From: a virus
Taxonomy: Duplodnaviria > Caudoviricetes
Reading direction: 5' to 3' (one strand)
IMG/VR virus record: IMGVR_UViG_3300027813_000069
Coordinates: 1 to 26,856 of that record
Length of the DNA stretch: 26,856 nucleotides
The notes under the pieces are model-generated. The model ran no database searches. It worked only from the letters and a program-made list of their open reading frames with translations, and was not told the DNA's origin. Positions 7,819-17,018 of this stretch are shown in pieces (the first letter of the stretch is position 1; the number at the start of each line of letters is the position of its first letter). The position numbers and the translations under genes are program-made.

Positions 7819-8829
7819 TTATTTAGTGAACTTAGATTTCACTTTGCCACCAAAAACTTTGTGTGCATTTTTGATTTTGCCCTTGTTTATACGTACCCAC
7901 TTCTTTCGCATCTTGATACGCTTAACTTTATTGCCGCCCTTTTTACGTTCAATCTTAGCCTTCATTTTGACTGCTCTGTCTTTGAACTTATTCTGGTCTT
8001 TCTTCTTCTGTGTAGCCCTACGTTGCATCGTGTTTCGTGCTTTGTAAGCCTCAACTGTGACAATTGATTCACCAATGTCATCCACAAATTTTAATTCTTC
8101 TTCAATGAACTCTACTGTTACATCTTCTGTAATCTTCTTCTTAGTGAAATAAGAAATGACATCAGATGGTTTATCAAAAAATTCTTGGCCTTTCTTGCCA
8201 GTGATATTCATCCACCAACCGTCTGAGCCACTATCGAAAGCGCCTTGAGATATTACTTTGCCTTTATATGTAACAAAAGAAATATCTTTACTAGTGTCTT
8301 TGCCAAATGCGTAATCGCCTTTCTTTGACATTACTTTCTTTGCTTCTTGAATATCTTCAGATGGTCCATAACCCTTAGGTGTAACATCTTTAATGTTAAA
8401 TTTAACTTTGCCCTTTGCAAGTCTCTCTGCGGCCGCTCTAGTCAAGTTGCCGTCTTTATCGAAAAACTTTGCGAGATGTGGAGGTAACTTTTTAAGTGAA
8501 GGTGGTTTTGCTTCGCTTACATCTTCGCATACGCAAGGCTCTTTCCCACATTCGCCACAATCTTCTACAAGACTGGCTAAAAAATCTTCTGCTTCAAATA
8601 TTTCTAATTCAATATTAGGAGAACCGTTTACTTCTGATAGACCACCAATTTGCCACATAGCCCATCCGTTGACGGCCTCTGCTTCTAATTCTGCTCTCTC
8701 TGTTACGGTTAAAGCGTTCCAATTTTCTTCTGTCCATTCTATAATGACAGTTTCATCTTGTTCCGCTACGTCCACAGCCATCGCTTCCGAAATCTGTGAA
8801 CTATACTCGCTAAATTTAATCAGACTCAT
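7819..8829 (-). CDS. Prohead core / internal head protein (gp68 position, unusually long)
   Basis: Immediately upstream of gp21, with a very basic C-terminus like gp68 and repeated (I/L/V)xE-A/D sites. The likely start is MSLIKFSEY at 8829 (GGAAGG upstream) rather than 8883. Confidence 0.6.
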   Translation of the reverse strand: MSLIKFSEYSSQISEAMAVDVAEQDETVIIEWTEENWNALTVTERAELEAEAVNGWAMWQIGGLSEVNGSPNIELEIFEAEDFLASLVEDCGECGKEPCVCEDVSEAKPPSLKKLPPHLAKFFDKDGNLTRAAAERLAKGKVKFNIKDVTPKGYGPSEDIQEAKKVMSKKGDYAFGKDTSKDISFVTYKGKVISQGAFDSGSDGWWMNITGKKGQEFFDKPSDVISYFTKKKITEDVTVEFIEEELKFVDDIGESIVTVEAYKARNTMQRRATQKKKDQNKFKDRAVKMKAKIERKKGGNKVKRIKMRKKWVRINKGKIKNAHKVFGGKVKSKFTK

Positions 8830-9118
8830 TATCGCCTTCCCATCCAGCATCAACCTCATCATAGAACTTTTTCTTGTCTGCATCGGATAATTCCTCAGCG
8901 GACTTAACTTTGTACTTTGCTAGTACAGTAGCGAAAAATTTCTGGTACGCTTCTTTGTCACCAGAGGCTTCTGATTGATATTTGCCTTTTTTCTTTTTAT
9001 TGACAAAATTCTTCATATCCTTAGACAATTTTTTAATCGTAGGGGGTTTCTTCCCTTCAGTCAGTTCTTTAAACGGACCGTCTAAAAATGAAACTATCCT
9101 GTCTTGTAAATTTGACAT
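8816..9118 (-). CDS. Small head-module protein (prohead core-associated)
   Basis: 100 aa, charged, with EASGDKEAYQKFF...KYKVKSAEELSDADKKKFYDEVD..W; lies between the portal and protease genes. Confidence 0.7.
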   Translation of the reverse strand: MSNLQDRIVSFLDGPFKELTEGKKPPTIKKLSKDMKNFVNKKKKGKYQSEASGDKEAYQKFFATVLAKYKVKSAEELSDADKKKFYDEVDAGWEGDNESD

Positions 9119-9122
9119 TTAT

Positions 9123-9536
9123 TTAATCCTTTTTAAAAGGCTTTGCTTTCTTTTTACCAAAGTTGGCAATATTTTCTTCTACTTCATCGTCATCTTCATC
9201 GTCTTTCTTTTTGCCTTTCTTGGCATCGATTGCTTTTTGAAGAGCGGGTGGTAGAGTACCCTCGTCTTTAGTGTCCTTGTCCTCATCGTCATCTTCAACC
9301 TTCTTGCCTTTTTTCTTAGCAATTGCGGCTTTCAGAGCGGGTGGAAGTTCACCTTCTTTAAGTTTAACGTCTTCCTCAACCACATTCTTACTAAACATAG
9401 TCGTAGAAAGTTTGGTTTTGATATCAGCCATTTTAGAAGCGAGGCGAGTATTAATCTCTCCGTGTAGGAGTGCCTTAAATGCAGTAGCCTTCTTGTTTTG
9501 TGCTAATTGTACCAATTTATCTAAATTTTCGTTCAT
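9123..9536 (-). CDS. Prohead core protein, gp67-like, with internal repeat
   Basis: Directly after the portal gene, SD GGAG; helical N-terminus plus two EG.LPPAL..AI..KKGKK..DD repeats. Confidence 0.65.
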   Translation of the reverse strand: MNENLDKLVQLAQNKKATAFKALLHGEINTRLASKMADIKTKLSTTMFSKNVVEEDVKLKEGELPPALKAAIAKKKGKKVEDDDEDKDTKDEGTLPPALQKAIDAKKGKKKDDEDDDEVEENIANFGKKKAKPFKKD

Positions 9537-9545
9537 AGTAATCTC

Positions 9546-11054
9546 CTAATATAGGTCATCTGATTTGCCATCTTCGTCTTTCGAGTTAGCGGCTTTCTCA
9601 TCTGCCATCTGTTTGTCTAGTGCTTCAATATCATCGTCTGTGTGCATTAGAATATTCTTTCTTACCCATTCAACTGAATAATAACGACCAATCATTTCTC
9701 CACTACTAATAGTGTCGACCATTTCGACTCGTGTTTTCATCATTTCAATTTTCTTGAGTTCAGAAAAATATCCATCGTCTTCAAATATGAAACTGATATT
9801 CTCTTTATACTCATTCCATTCTGCTTTATCAATAATACCTTTAGAAAGCAATTGGGTTCTAAGTAGAGAATACAACAAATCAGAGAAACTTTTTCTAAGT
9901 TTTGTTACATATTTAGTAAACTTAATCTCATCTCTGGTAATTTCACCAGAACGAGACATACTCCAACCAGTGTCAGATTCCATTCTTGATGCAGGCACGT
10001 GGAGTGCTTGATACACTTTCTTTTGGAAGTATATTACATCATCCATATCGCCTAGATTTTGTCCACCAGGCAAGGTTTGTACTTCTGTTCCTCGACCACC
10101 CTCTTTACGAGGTAGCCAAAAATCTTCCATCATTGACATTGTATCTTTGCCATCTGCTACAGTACCAGTAGAAGCATCATAAACCATTTTGTTCTTAAAC
10201 TTGTTCATAATGTTTCGTAGATATTGTTCTGCTTTAGTCTTAGGCAGGTTGCCAACATCAATATAGAACACCCGTCTTTCAGGTGCTCTTGTAATTCGGT
10301 AAATCACCATCGCATCTTCTAGCATACGAAGTTGATTTATTGGTTTCATTGCTTTGTGTAGATATGAAAGAGTTACCTCTTTTTCTTTATCATACAATCC
10401 AGAATCAGCCATTGCGACTGCCTCTAGAGCAACTTTAAGGGTTTGAGACATACCTCTAGTCTCTTTAGAATATAACCAATATTCTTCTACGCCCGTAACT
10501 ACTTCAACTCCTGATTTATCTTTTTCCTTAAGGACTTCCTTAATTCTCTTGATATTAGTAGAATCGATGTATCTTAACTCTTTGATGCCCTTCTTGATAT
10601 TATCGTTATCAAAAATGATATGATAATGTATAGCACCATCTTCGTACCATCTCCTAAAAATATCAGGGCCAGATTGATTAAAGTCTAGTTTCCTAGAAAT
10701 AGTATCAAACTCATCCCCAATCATTTTCTTGATATTATCGGGAACATTAATGTTGTCCAATTTATCAAGATGGATATGTATTGGGTCTTTAAATGGGTCC
10801 AATACAATGGCCTCATTGACAATATCATCGATTGCAGATTCCGCTTCGGGATGTCTTGCAGTCGTGCGATATTTACCAATAAGTTCTTGTTGTGTCTGAA
10901 ATGCGGCATCGAAATTGATAGCGAAGGCATTTACGCCTCCGCCATCGATTACGGTAGAACCATCGTCTAGGTTTGGTGCGACAAAGGATTTTGTTCCTTT
11001 GTCGACCACAGATGAGCCAATTCTCTTCTCTATCTTATAACCAAATAGTTCCAT
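9546..11054 (-). CDS. gp20: Portal vertex protein gp20
   Basis: ESAIDDIVNEAI, FRRWYEDG, SYLHKAMKPINQLRMLEDA.VIYRITRAPERRVFYIDVGNLPK.KAEQYL, EDFWLPRKEGGRGTEV.TLPGGQNLG. Confidence 0.99.
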   Translation of the reverse strand: MELFGYKIEKRIGSSVVDKGTKSFVAPNLDDGSTVIDGGGVNAFAINFDAAFQTQQELIGKYRTTARHPEAESAIDDIVNEAIVLDPFKDPIHIHLDKLDNINVPDNIKKMIGDEFDTISRKLDFNQSGPDIFRRWYEDGAIHYHIIFDNDNIKKGIKELRYIDSTNIKRIKEVLKEKDKSGVEVVTGVEEYWLYSKETRGMSQTLKVALEAVAMADSGLYDKEKEVTLSYLHKAMKPINQLRMLEDAMVIYRITRAPERRVFYIDVGNLPKTKAEQYLRNIMNKFKNKMVYDASTGTVADGKDTMSMMEDFWLPRKEGGRGTEVQTLPGGQNLGDMDDVIYFQKKVYQALHVPASRMESDTGWSMSRSGEITRDEIKFTKYVTKLRKSFSDLLYSLLRTQLLSKGIIDKAEWNEYKENISFIFEDDGYFSELKKIEMMKTRVEMVDTISSGEMIGRYYSVEWVRKNILMHTDDDIEALDKQMADEKAANSKDEDGKSDDLY

Positions 11055-11093
11055 ATTATATCACATTTCTTGTTAAGTAAGCATTCATACAAC

Positions 11094-11101
11094 TATTTAT
11101 A
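11094..11101 (-). promoter_or_regulatory. T4 late promoter (gp20)
   Basis: TATAAATA in the gp19/gp20 intergenic region. Confidence 0.85.
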
Positions 11102-11129
11102 CTCACTAACAGGTTTACTTATCAAGACG

Positions 11130-11645
11130 TTATACTACGACTGATACTGGTGTACCACCGTCATCCCAAGAAATACTGAATGTTACAGTGTATTCTTGAA
11201 CTGCATCAGCAGTGTCCCAGGACAAATCGATAGTTCCGATATCTGAAGGCCAACCATATAACTTGATTATGCCAGAAGATGCCGTTCCATCACGATTGTA
11301 AGGACGAACTACAAGTTCTTTATGCGTACTATTAGCGGCTATAGCAGAAGAAAAACTGGTAAAACCAGTAATGTCTTTCTGCCAACTTAAAAGCAGTTTT
11401 CGTAGTGCATAAGTCTCATCGTTCATTATAGTGACACTCCAATCAGCGAATGTTCTGTCACCAGGAAGTTTGAGTTTCCTATTTTGGTAAGGAACTTCAA
11501 TCGCCCCAACAGTAGATGCTGGTAGAGTTGCCGTTTTAATGAGCATTTTTGCGTTGCTTAATTCGCCGATTTCAACCTCAAAGAGGTTTGGTCGTGCGTA
11601 ATCGCCAGTGTATTGATTAGCGAAGTCTGTAATTGCGAAAGCCAT
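11130..11645 (-). CDS. gp19: Tail tube protein gp19
   Basis: ARPNLFEV, LPAST.G.IEVPY..R.LK..GDRTF.DW.VT..ND, WPSDIG.IDLSWD. Confidence 0.96.
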   Translation of the reverse strand: MAFAITDFANQYTGDYARPNLFEVEIGELSNAKMLIKTATLPASTVGAIEVPYQNRKLKLPGDRTFADWSVTIMNDETYALRKLLLSWQKDITGFTSFSSAIAANSTHKELVVRPYNRDGTASSGIIKLYGWPSDIGTIDLSWDTADAVQEYTVTFSISWDDGGTPVSVVV

Positions 11646-11657
11646 TTTTATCTCCCC

Positions 11658-13373
11658 TTATACTTGGCCAATCACTTCAGCAAAATCAACACCGGTCTTC
11701 GTTGCTACGAAGTTAAGCGTGATAAAGTTGATTGATTTGGATGGTTTAATGAAAATACTAGCCACGAACTGGTTAGCATCGATGACTTCGCCTGTGTTAT
11801 TATCAGCATCACACTGCACATAAAAATCATACATTCCTTGTCTGGCTTGAATACCAGCTAGATATGGATTAACCATATTCAAGAAGTTCTTGCGGGTGAA
11901 TTCGTTGTTGAACTCGAACAAGAAGTATTTTGCAGATATGGAAATTGCTTTTTCTAAAATAATAAACAATCTACGTACATTGATTCTATCAAATGCAGAT
12001 GGCTTAGTTAGTAGAGTGCGGTCTCCCCAAAGAACAGTACCTTGTCCAGGGAAAGAAACAATTGGATTGATTCCATTAGGAAGCATATACAACTGGTCTC
12101 TGTGTGCTAAAGAAGGCTGATAAGCGAGTTTTACAACACCCTTAATCTGTCCACGATTTAGTCCACCAGGTGACCACCAAGCATCACGAACTGCGTCTGT
12201 ATGACCACAAAGTCCTGCGATATCACCACTGAATCCAATCCAGCGATAAGTGTCAGAATATACGTCATAAACGTACTTAAAGTTGCCATCAAGAGTACCG
12301 TATGAAGATGCAGAGTTAAAAGAAACGTCTTTTCTCCAAGCGATAACATTGTTAACAGCGTTAGTGGCTCCACCAACATTAACTACAGTTGATTTTGGTG
12401 GGGATACAACAGCAATACAATCTTTTCTGTATTCTGCAACAGTTTCAATCATATACTTAGATACTATTGATACAGTGGCTTCGGACTCGTTAGAGACTCC
12501 ACCAGCAAACAATAGACTAACATTGATTTCATCTGCATTTTGGAACTTGTTCCAACCTTGCATATACTCGTTAGCACCAACTGTTCCAGCATCAACAGCC
12601 ACAACCCAAGCATTACCATTGCCTTCGCAAGTTGCTTGGTCATCAGCACCCATATCGTCACAATGAGCAGGAACTCCAGCCGAAACTGCAATACCACCAG
12701 TGAATGAAACTGATACAGGACCAGGACCATTAGTGACGTTATCTGTAACTACCCAAATAAGTTTGGACATTTTGTTAACTTTGTCTTCTGCCCAAATATT
12801 GCCACCATCTGAATTCTTGGTGCCTTGAGTCATTCCGACAAGGTAAGTTTCTACGGCGACATTTCCAACAACAACTGCAATTGCAATTTCGTTGTTAGAG
12901 GCATCAGGTGCTACATCAAAAGCGCCTTGGTATTGCCAAGCATCCCAAGTAGCATCGCCACTATGAGTTTCTACAGAAATACCATTTCCGTAAGTACCAG
13001 GATATCGAGCATAAAAGCCCTCTGTCAAAGTACCTGAGTCGTATTGCGTATCAAAATCTTCTGCACCAGTTATTTGAGTTACGTTGCCACTTGGAGCGGC
13101 GTTCATTGCTCCAGAGTCAACCACTCGTACTACTTGAAGACTATTTGTGTACTTCAAGAAGGCGGCAGAAGAAAGAAACGCAGGGTATGTATCGTTAGTT
13201 GGTTGCCCAAAAACTGCTACAAGGTCGGCTTCTGAGGTGCACAAGTATGGCTCGAAAGCCGGCCCCCAAGTAAAACGACCTACGGTAGCACCTAGAGAGG
13301 TAGCAACTGCGGGTATAGACGTTGACAAATCTATTTCTTTTGTCTGAACGCCTGGGCTTAATTGAAATCCCAT
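11658..13373 (-). CDS. gp18: Tail sheath protein gp18
   Basis: LSPGVQTKEIDL, G.F.WGP, ARYPG..GN, RKDCIAVVSP, WWSPGGLNRG.IK, LWGDRT...PSAFDRINVRRLF, FEFN.EFTR, KP.KSINFI.LNFVA..TGV.F.E. Confidence 0.98.
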   Translation of the reverse strand: MGFQLSPGVQTKEIDLSTSIPAVATSLGATVGRFTWGPAFEPYLCTSEADLVAVFGQPTNDTYPAFLSSAAFLKYTNSLQVVRVVDSGAMNAAPSGNVTQITGAEDFDTQYDSGTLTEGFYARYPGTYGNGISVETHSGDATWDAWQYQGAFDVAPDASNNEIAIAVVVGNVAVETYLVGMTQGTKNSDGGNIWAEDKVNKMSKLIWVVTDNVTNGPGPVSVSFTGGIAVSAGVPAHCDDMGADDQATCEGNGNAWVVAVDAGTVGANEYMQGWNKFQNADEINVSLLFAGGVSNESEATVSIVSKYMIETVAEYRKDCIAVVSPPKSTVVNVGGATNAVNNVIAWRKDVSFNSASSYGTLDGNFKYVYDVYSDTYRWIGFSGDIAGLCGHTDAVRDAWWSPGGLNRGQIKGVVKLAYQPSLAHRDQLYMLPNGINPIVSFPGQGTVLWGDRTLLTKPSAFDRINVRRLFIILEKAISISAKYFLFEFNNEFTRKNFLNMVNPYLAGIQARQGMYDFYVQCDADNNTGEVIDANQFVASIFIKPSKSINFITLNFVATKTGVDFAEVIGQV

Positions 13374-13490
13374 CGTTTTTCTCCTATATTTAAATTAAAT
13401 TGTTCACTTTATGGCTGTGTGAACCCGAATGTAGTACCGTTATTGAGTTATCTTGCGATTCTTCCAAAGAGTCTATTCAACCATTACTCA

Positions 13491-13498
13491 TATTTATA
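13491..13498 (-). promoter_or_regulatory. T4 late promoter (gp18-gp19)
   Basis: TATAAATA about 117 nt upstream of the gp18 ATG. Confidence 0.85.
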
Positions 13499-13667
13499 AA
13501 ATTTGAGTCTTTACGGAAAGGGTTCTAAGGGCTTCCTGTGCCATTTTTATTTTACTATCACGCATTTTCTCAAATTCTTTCTTAATTACCGCCATTCTTA
13601 GGTTATTAGGACAAGAACAGTCATATTTGAACATTGCTTCACATTTGACACAATATCTAGACTTCAC
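13494..13667 (-). CDS. Small Cys-rich (possible Zn-binding) protein, 57 aa
   Basis: Below the ORF-track cutoff. GTG start with SD AAGGA; MKSRYCVKCEAMFKYDCSCPNNLRMAVIKKEFEKMRDSKIKMAQEALRTLSVKTQIL; it exactly fills the gp17-gp18 gap. Confidence 0.7.
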   Translation of the reverse strand: MKSRYCVKCEAMFKYDCSCPNNLRMAVIKKEFEKMRDSKIKMAQEALRTLSVKTQIL

Positions 13668-13678
13668 TTAGTATTCCT

Positions 13679-15253
13679 TTATTGTAACTGCCATATCTCT
13701 GAGCCTTCTCTGACATAACTGCCTTCCTTATCGTCAATTCCATCGTCAATAAATCCAAACGGGGTTAGGTCATCTTCTATCTGCTTAATTTTCCCAGCCA
13801 TAAGGCTAATTCTCAAATCAATATCGTTCAATTCTTTGAAATTTGGCTGAGTGGCATACCAAGCAAACATCACAAGCCCCATAACAAGGTCATCTGTTCC
13901 TCCGCCTTCGGCTGCCCAAGATGTTCCTTTAGTAATAAATTGTGCTAATTCTGAAATGGTTTCTAAATCGTTAATAAGTATCTTATCATTCTCAATAAGG
14001 TCTTTGAGATTAGAGCAACCAATCGCCTTAACTCTTTTAGACATTTTTATGCCGAATTTAGCGGTAATTCCAGATTCGTTGATTGTATTTTCGTATTCTA
14101 AATCATAATGGAGTATGTTACAAACTTCGGCACCAGGACCATTTGATTCTATAAGAACTGTGGCATCATTGTAGGATTGTGCAACTTGCATAATAACAGT
14201 TGGCAAAAGCATAGGTGATATGGTGTTTGACCTAAATTTAGCAACTTGTTTAAAAGGAAGTTCTGATATATCAATTATATTCATTGTTGAATAGTCTTGA
14301 CCTCTGCCCTCTGCAACATCAACTGTCATAAAGTAATTGCGGCCTTGCTCTCCTTCGTCATATACATCCAATTCTTGCATAGTCATTATTGGACTTTTCA
14401 CTGCTAGTTGTTGGAGTTTCGTTGCGGATATGAGTGTACCAGCAGAGCCAAGGAATTCACACTCAAACTCTTGTCTAAACTGCTCTTCGCTTGTATTTTC
14501 AACTGTTTGTTTTCTCCAAGCATCATCTCTACCTGGAACATCCCACCAATTAATTTCAAATGGATGGTAGTTAGAATTATCCTCAACTGCATCAGACCAC
14601 ATCTTATAGAAGTGGTTCATACCGTTTGGAGTAGATACGATAATGACCTTTGATGTATTACCAGAAGAGATAGTCGGATATACAGAACGGAAGAAATCTT
14701 CTGCCATATTCTGTTGAACGAATGCAAACTCATCAAGGAAAATCAGGTTGAATGAATATCCACGTATAGAGGAAGAAGATGTTGAACCAGCAAGAATTCT
14801 AGAACCGTTCTCAAGTTCTATCGAACCCTTGTTCCATTCTGATACGCCTTGCTGTAGAAATATAGGAAGTTTTTCATATGCCATCTGTAATCTTCCCAAC
14901 AACTCTCGTGACGTTGCACTTTTGTTGGCTAGAATGGCGACACTTTTTTGGTCATTGAACAGAACGTAATGCAACATAAATGCCAAACTAGTCTGAGATT
15001 TACCAGACTGTCTTGGACATTTAACGATACAGAAACGCTCATCAACTAAAGTCTGTATTAACTTTTCTTGAAAAGGCCACAACTCAAATTTCATTAACCC
15101 CTTATCGACATTAACAATGTGGATGTGGTTCTTAATGAAATAAATTGGGTCATCTCTACATTTTACATATTCTATAATCTCTTCTTCTGTAAATTCGTGA
15201 GGTACATTAACACGTTTAAGAAGTGGATTTCCTAGATAAGTAGTAATTGTCAT
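13679..15253 (-). CDS. gp17: Terminase large subunit gp17
   Basis: YLGNP.LK, Walker A PRQSGKS, Walker B IFLDEFAF, STPNG.NHFY, nuclease motifs VDVAEGRGQDYS and DDLVM. Confidence 0.98.
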   Translation of the reverse strand: MTITTYLGNPLLKRVNVPHEFTEEEIIEYVKCRDDPIYFIKNHIHIVNVDKGLMKFELWPFQEKLIQTLVDERFCIVKCPRQSGKSQTSLAFMLHYVLFNDQKSVAILANKSATSRELLGRLQMAYEKLPIFLQQGVSEWNKGSIELENGSRILAGSTSSSSIRGYSFNLIFLDEFAFVQQNMAEDFFRSVYPTISSGNTSKVIIVSTPNGMNHFYKMWSDAVEDNSNYHPFEINWWDVPGRDDAWRKQTVENTSEEQFRQEFECEFLGSAGTLISATKLQQLAVKSPIMTMQELDVYDEGEQGRNYFMTVDVAEGRGQDYSTMNIIDISELPFKQVAKFRSNTISPMLLPTVIMQVAQSYNDATVLIESNGPGAEVCNILHYDLEYENTINESGITAKFGIKMSKRVKAIGCSNLKDLIENDKILINDLETISELAQFITKGTSWAAEGGGTDDLVMGLVMFAWYATQPNFKELNDIDLRISLMAGKIKQIEDDLTPFGFIDDGIDDKEGSYVREGSEIWQLQ

Positions 15254-15267
15254 AATATAATGTTACC

Positions 15268-15642
15268 TTATTCCTGCGAAACCTCTTTCGTAATTGAAGT
15301 TTGTCTATTGGATTTAATAATTTCTTTCATCAAAAACTTTTGTCCCTCTTCTAGTTTGTCGAGTTTATCAGAGATTAAAACTTGTCGTTCTGATACTTCA
15401 CGAAATTCTTCTAAATCGTCATCCTTATGGGCAAGTAATCCAGATTCTATATCTTTAAATTCTAGGATGTGGTCATCTATTTCTTTTAAATGGTCCTTTT
15501 GAGAATCAATATATACAACTAAACGGTCCACATCACGTACTGTATCCATCATTTGGGTGACCCCAAATAGCACGGCAATGAGAACGGCAACCATTCCTAT
15601 ATTTTGAATTGTGTGTGAGTTGTCTTTCTTATGTGGTACCAT
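15268..15642 (-). CDS. Hypothetical protein with N-terminal TM helix and coiled coil
   Basis: Hydrophobic IGMVAVLIAVLFGV segment followed by a charged heptad-like region; co-oriented between gp16 and gp17. Confidence 0.7.
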   Translation of the reverse strand: MVPHKKDNSHTIQNIGMVAVLIAVLFGVTQMMDTVRDVDRLVVYIDSQKDHLKEIDDHILEFKDIESGLLAHKDDDLEEFREVSERQVLISDKLDKLEEGQKFLMKEIIKSNRQTSITKEVSQE

Positions 15643-15663
15643 AAAATTTTCCCTTGTTATATT

Positions 15664-15682
15664 AAAAAAAGCCTCACGGCTT
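15664..15682 (-). terminator. Short intrinsic terminator overlapping the gp16 stop codon
   Basis: AAGCC-GTGA-GGCTT followed by TTTTT (GNRA loop containing the TGA stop). Confidence 0.6.
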
Positions 15683-16192
15683 GTTATCGTCTGTAATAGT
15701 CTTGCCTTTTAGCATATCTTGTAAATCTTTGGTCGAGCCAACATAAAGATTATTGACGTTGGTCTTAGGTGCCTCGCCCTCACGCATTAATTTTAATTCT
15801 TTCTGCATCTTCAACAATTCCATTGTAGTATCAGATACATTCTTTATTAAACCACTGGCGACTTCATATGCCCGTGGGTGTTCCATTTCTTTAGCAAGTT
15901 CTAATATTCCCTCAAGGGCATCATTACCTCGCTCAATAAGATTATAAAGGTTATCTCGTGCATAACTATAATCTGTATCTAAATCTCCTTGATGTGAGTT
16001 TGATACTTTTGCTTGTCTGGGTGCCAGACCACGCTCTCTTCGTACACTTATAACTCTGTCGATTTCACCTTCTATCGGAGGATTATCAATAGTGATTGGT
16101 TCGGCTTGTTCATACTGATTTATAATATCATCTGACAACCCAAGAGAATCATCTAACCTCTCATCAACGGACTTCTTAATCCCTTTTGGCAT
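15674..16192 (-). CDS. gp16: Terminase small subunit gp16
   Basis: DY.YARDNLYNLIERG..ALEGILELA.E..HPRAYEVA..LIK, NNLYVGST.DLQ.ML. Confidence 0.95.
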   Translation of the reverse strand: MPKGIKKSVDERLDDSLGLSDDIINQYEQAEPITIDNPPIEGEIDRVISVRRERGLAPRQAKVSNSHQGDLDTDYSYARDNLYNLIERGNDALEGILELAKEMEHPRAYEVASGLIKNVSDTTMELLKMQKELKLMREGEAPKTNVNNLYVGSTKDLQDMLKGKTITDDNKP

Positions 16193-16208
16193 AATATATT
16201 CCTCGCTG

Positions 16209-17018
16209 TTAACTTAATGGCCATTTTACTGGTGCCATTGTATCTACGTCATTTGGGTCGTTCGGGTCATCTGGATGCCCTGCTTCTAACGCCACAGTCC
16301 AATTATCGTCTGCATCAGAACCCCACGGGTCAACTGACATATTGACTTGCTCTAATGGAGCATCGGCTTCTGCCGGGTCAATAGTTCCAACCAAATAATT
16401 GGTAATAACTTTCTTAATAATACCTTGTTCTCTGATTGGTGGGTATAGCCATCCGCGTATCAGAAATTCTAGTGACCAGTTGACAATTCTATGGTCGCCA
16501 AAAACACCCTCAAATTCATCTGTTAGTGTTACCCCTTTCAATTCGATAGGAATATCTCTTTTCATATCCAATTCGGGAACTTCTTCAATAACCACGTTGA
16601 AATCTGGCTGGAAATAAGGTACAATTTGCTCTATAATTTGTAGTCCATCATCCATCAAGTCTGAATAAATGTCTAGTGTGAATGAAAAATTGTATGGGAT
16701 TGGAGATAATATTGTATGTGCTTTGTTTGTCCCTGCTTTATTAAATCTGTGGGTCTGCATCTGATTACCAGCACGAGAATAATCTGCTTCAACACCAGTT
16801 AAAATAAAGCCCATACGTGGGACTTGCTTATTCGCCTTGCTGTCTTTAATTAGTCTGGCAAGATATTTCTTCTGTGATTCATAGGCTAGGGGTACTTTTA
16901 TATCTTTAATCAGTGTACCGTCAGCCTCCGTTCTCTGAACGTGAATGTTATTGAATACTGAACCAAACGCAATAATGAGTTTTTTAGTAGTTCCGTGGTA
17001 AAAAGTAGTTCCGAACAT
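16209..17018 (-). CDS. gp15: Tail sheath stabilizer / terminator gp15
   Basis: FYH...KK.IIAFG..FNNI, IKVPLAY...K.LARL, PRMGF, P.PYN..F.L, DDGLQIIEQI.PYFQP, RDIPI.L. Confidence 0.96.
   Translation of the reverse strand: MFGTTFYHGTTKKLIIAFGSVFNNIHVQRTEADGTLIKDIKVPLAYESQKKYLARLIKDSKANKQVPRMGFILTGVEADYSRAGNQMQTHRFNKAGTNKAHTILSPIPYNFSFTLDIYSDLMDDGLQIIEQIVPYFQPDFNVVIEEVPELDMKRDIPIELKGVTLTDEFEGVFGDHRIVNWSLEFLIRGWLYPPIREQGIIKKVITNYLVGTIDPAEADAPLEQVNMSVDPWGSDADDNWTVALEAGHPDDPNDPNDVDTMAPVKWPLS

Noticed and set aside
11055-11063. TGATATAAT extended -10 upstream of gp20
   Set aside because: It abuts the ATG directly, so +1 would fall inside the gene; the late promoter at 11094-11101 explains expression.
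13679-15253. Intein, intron or homing endonuclease in terminase or other core genes
   Set aside because: Proteins are of normal length with contiguous motifs, and no HNH, GIY-YIG or LAGLIDADG signature was seen.
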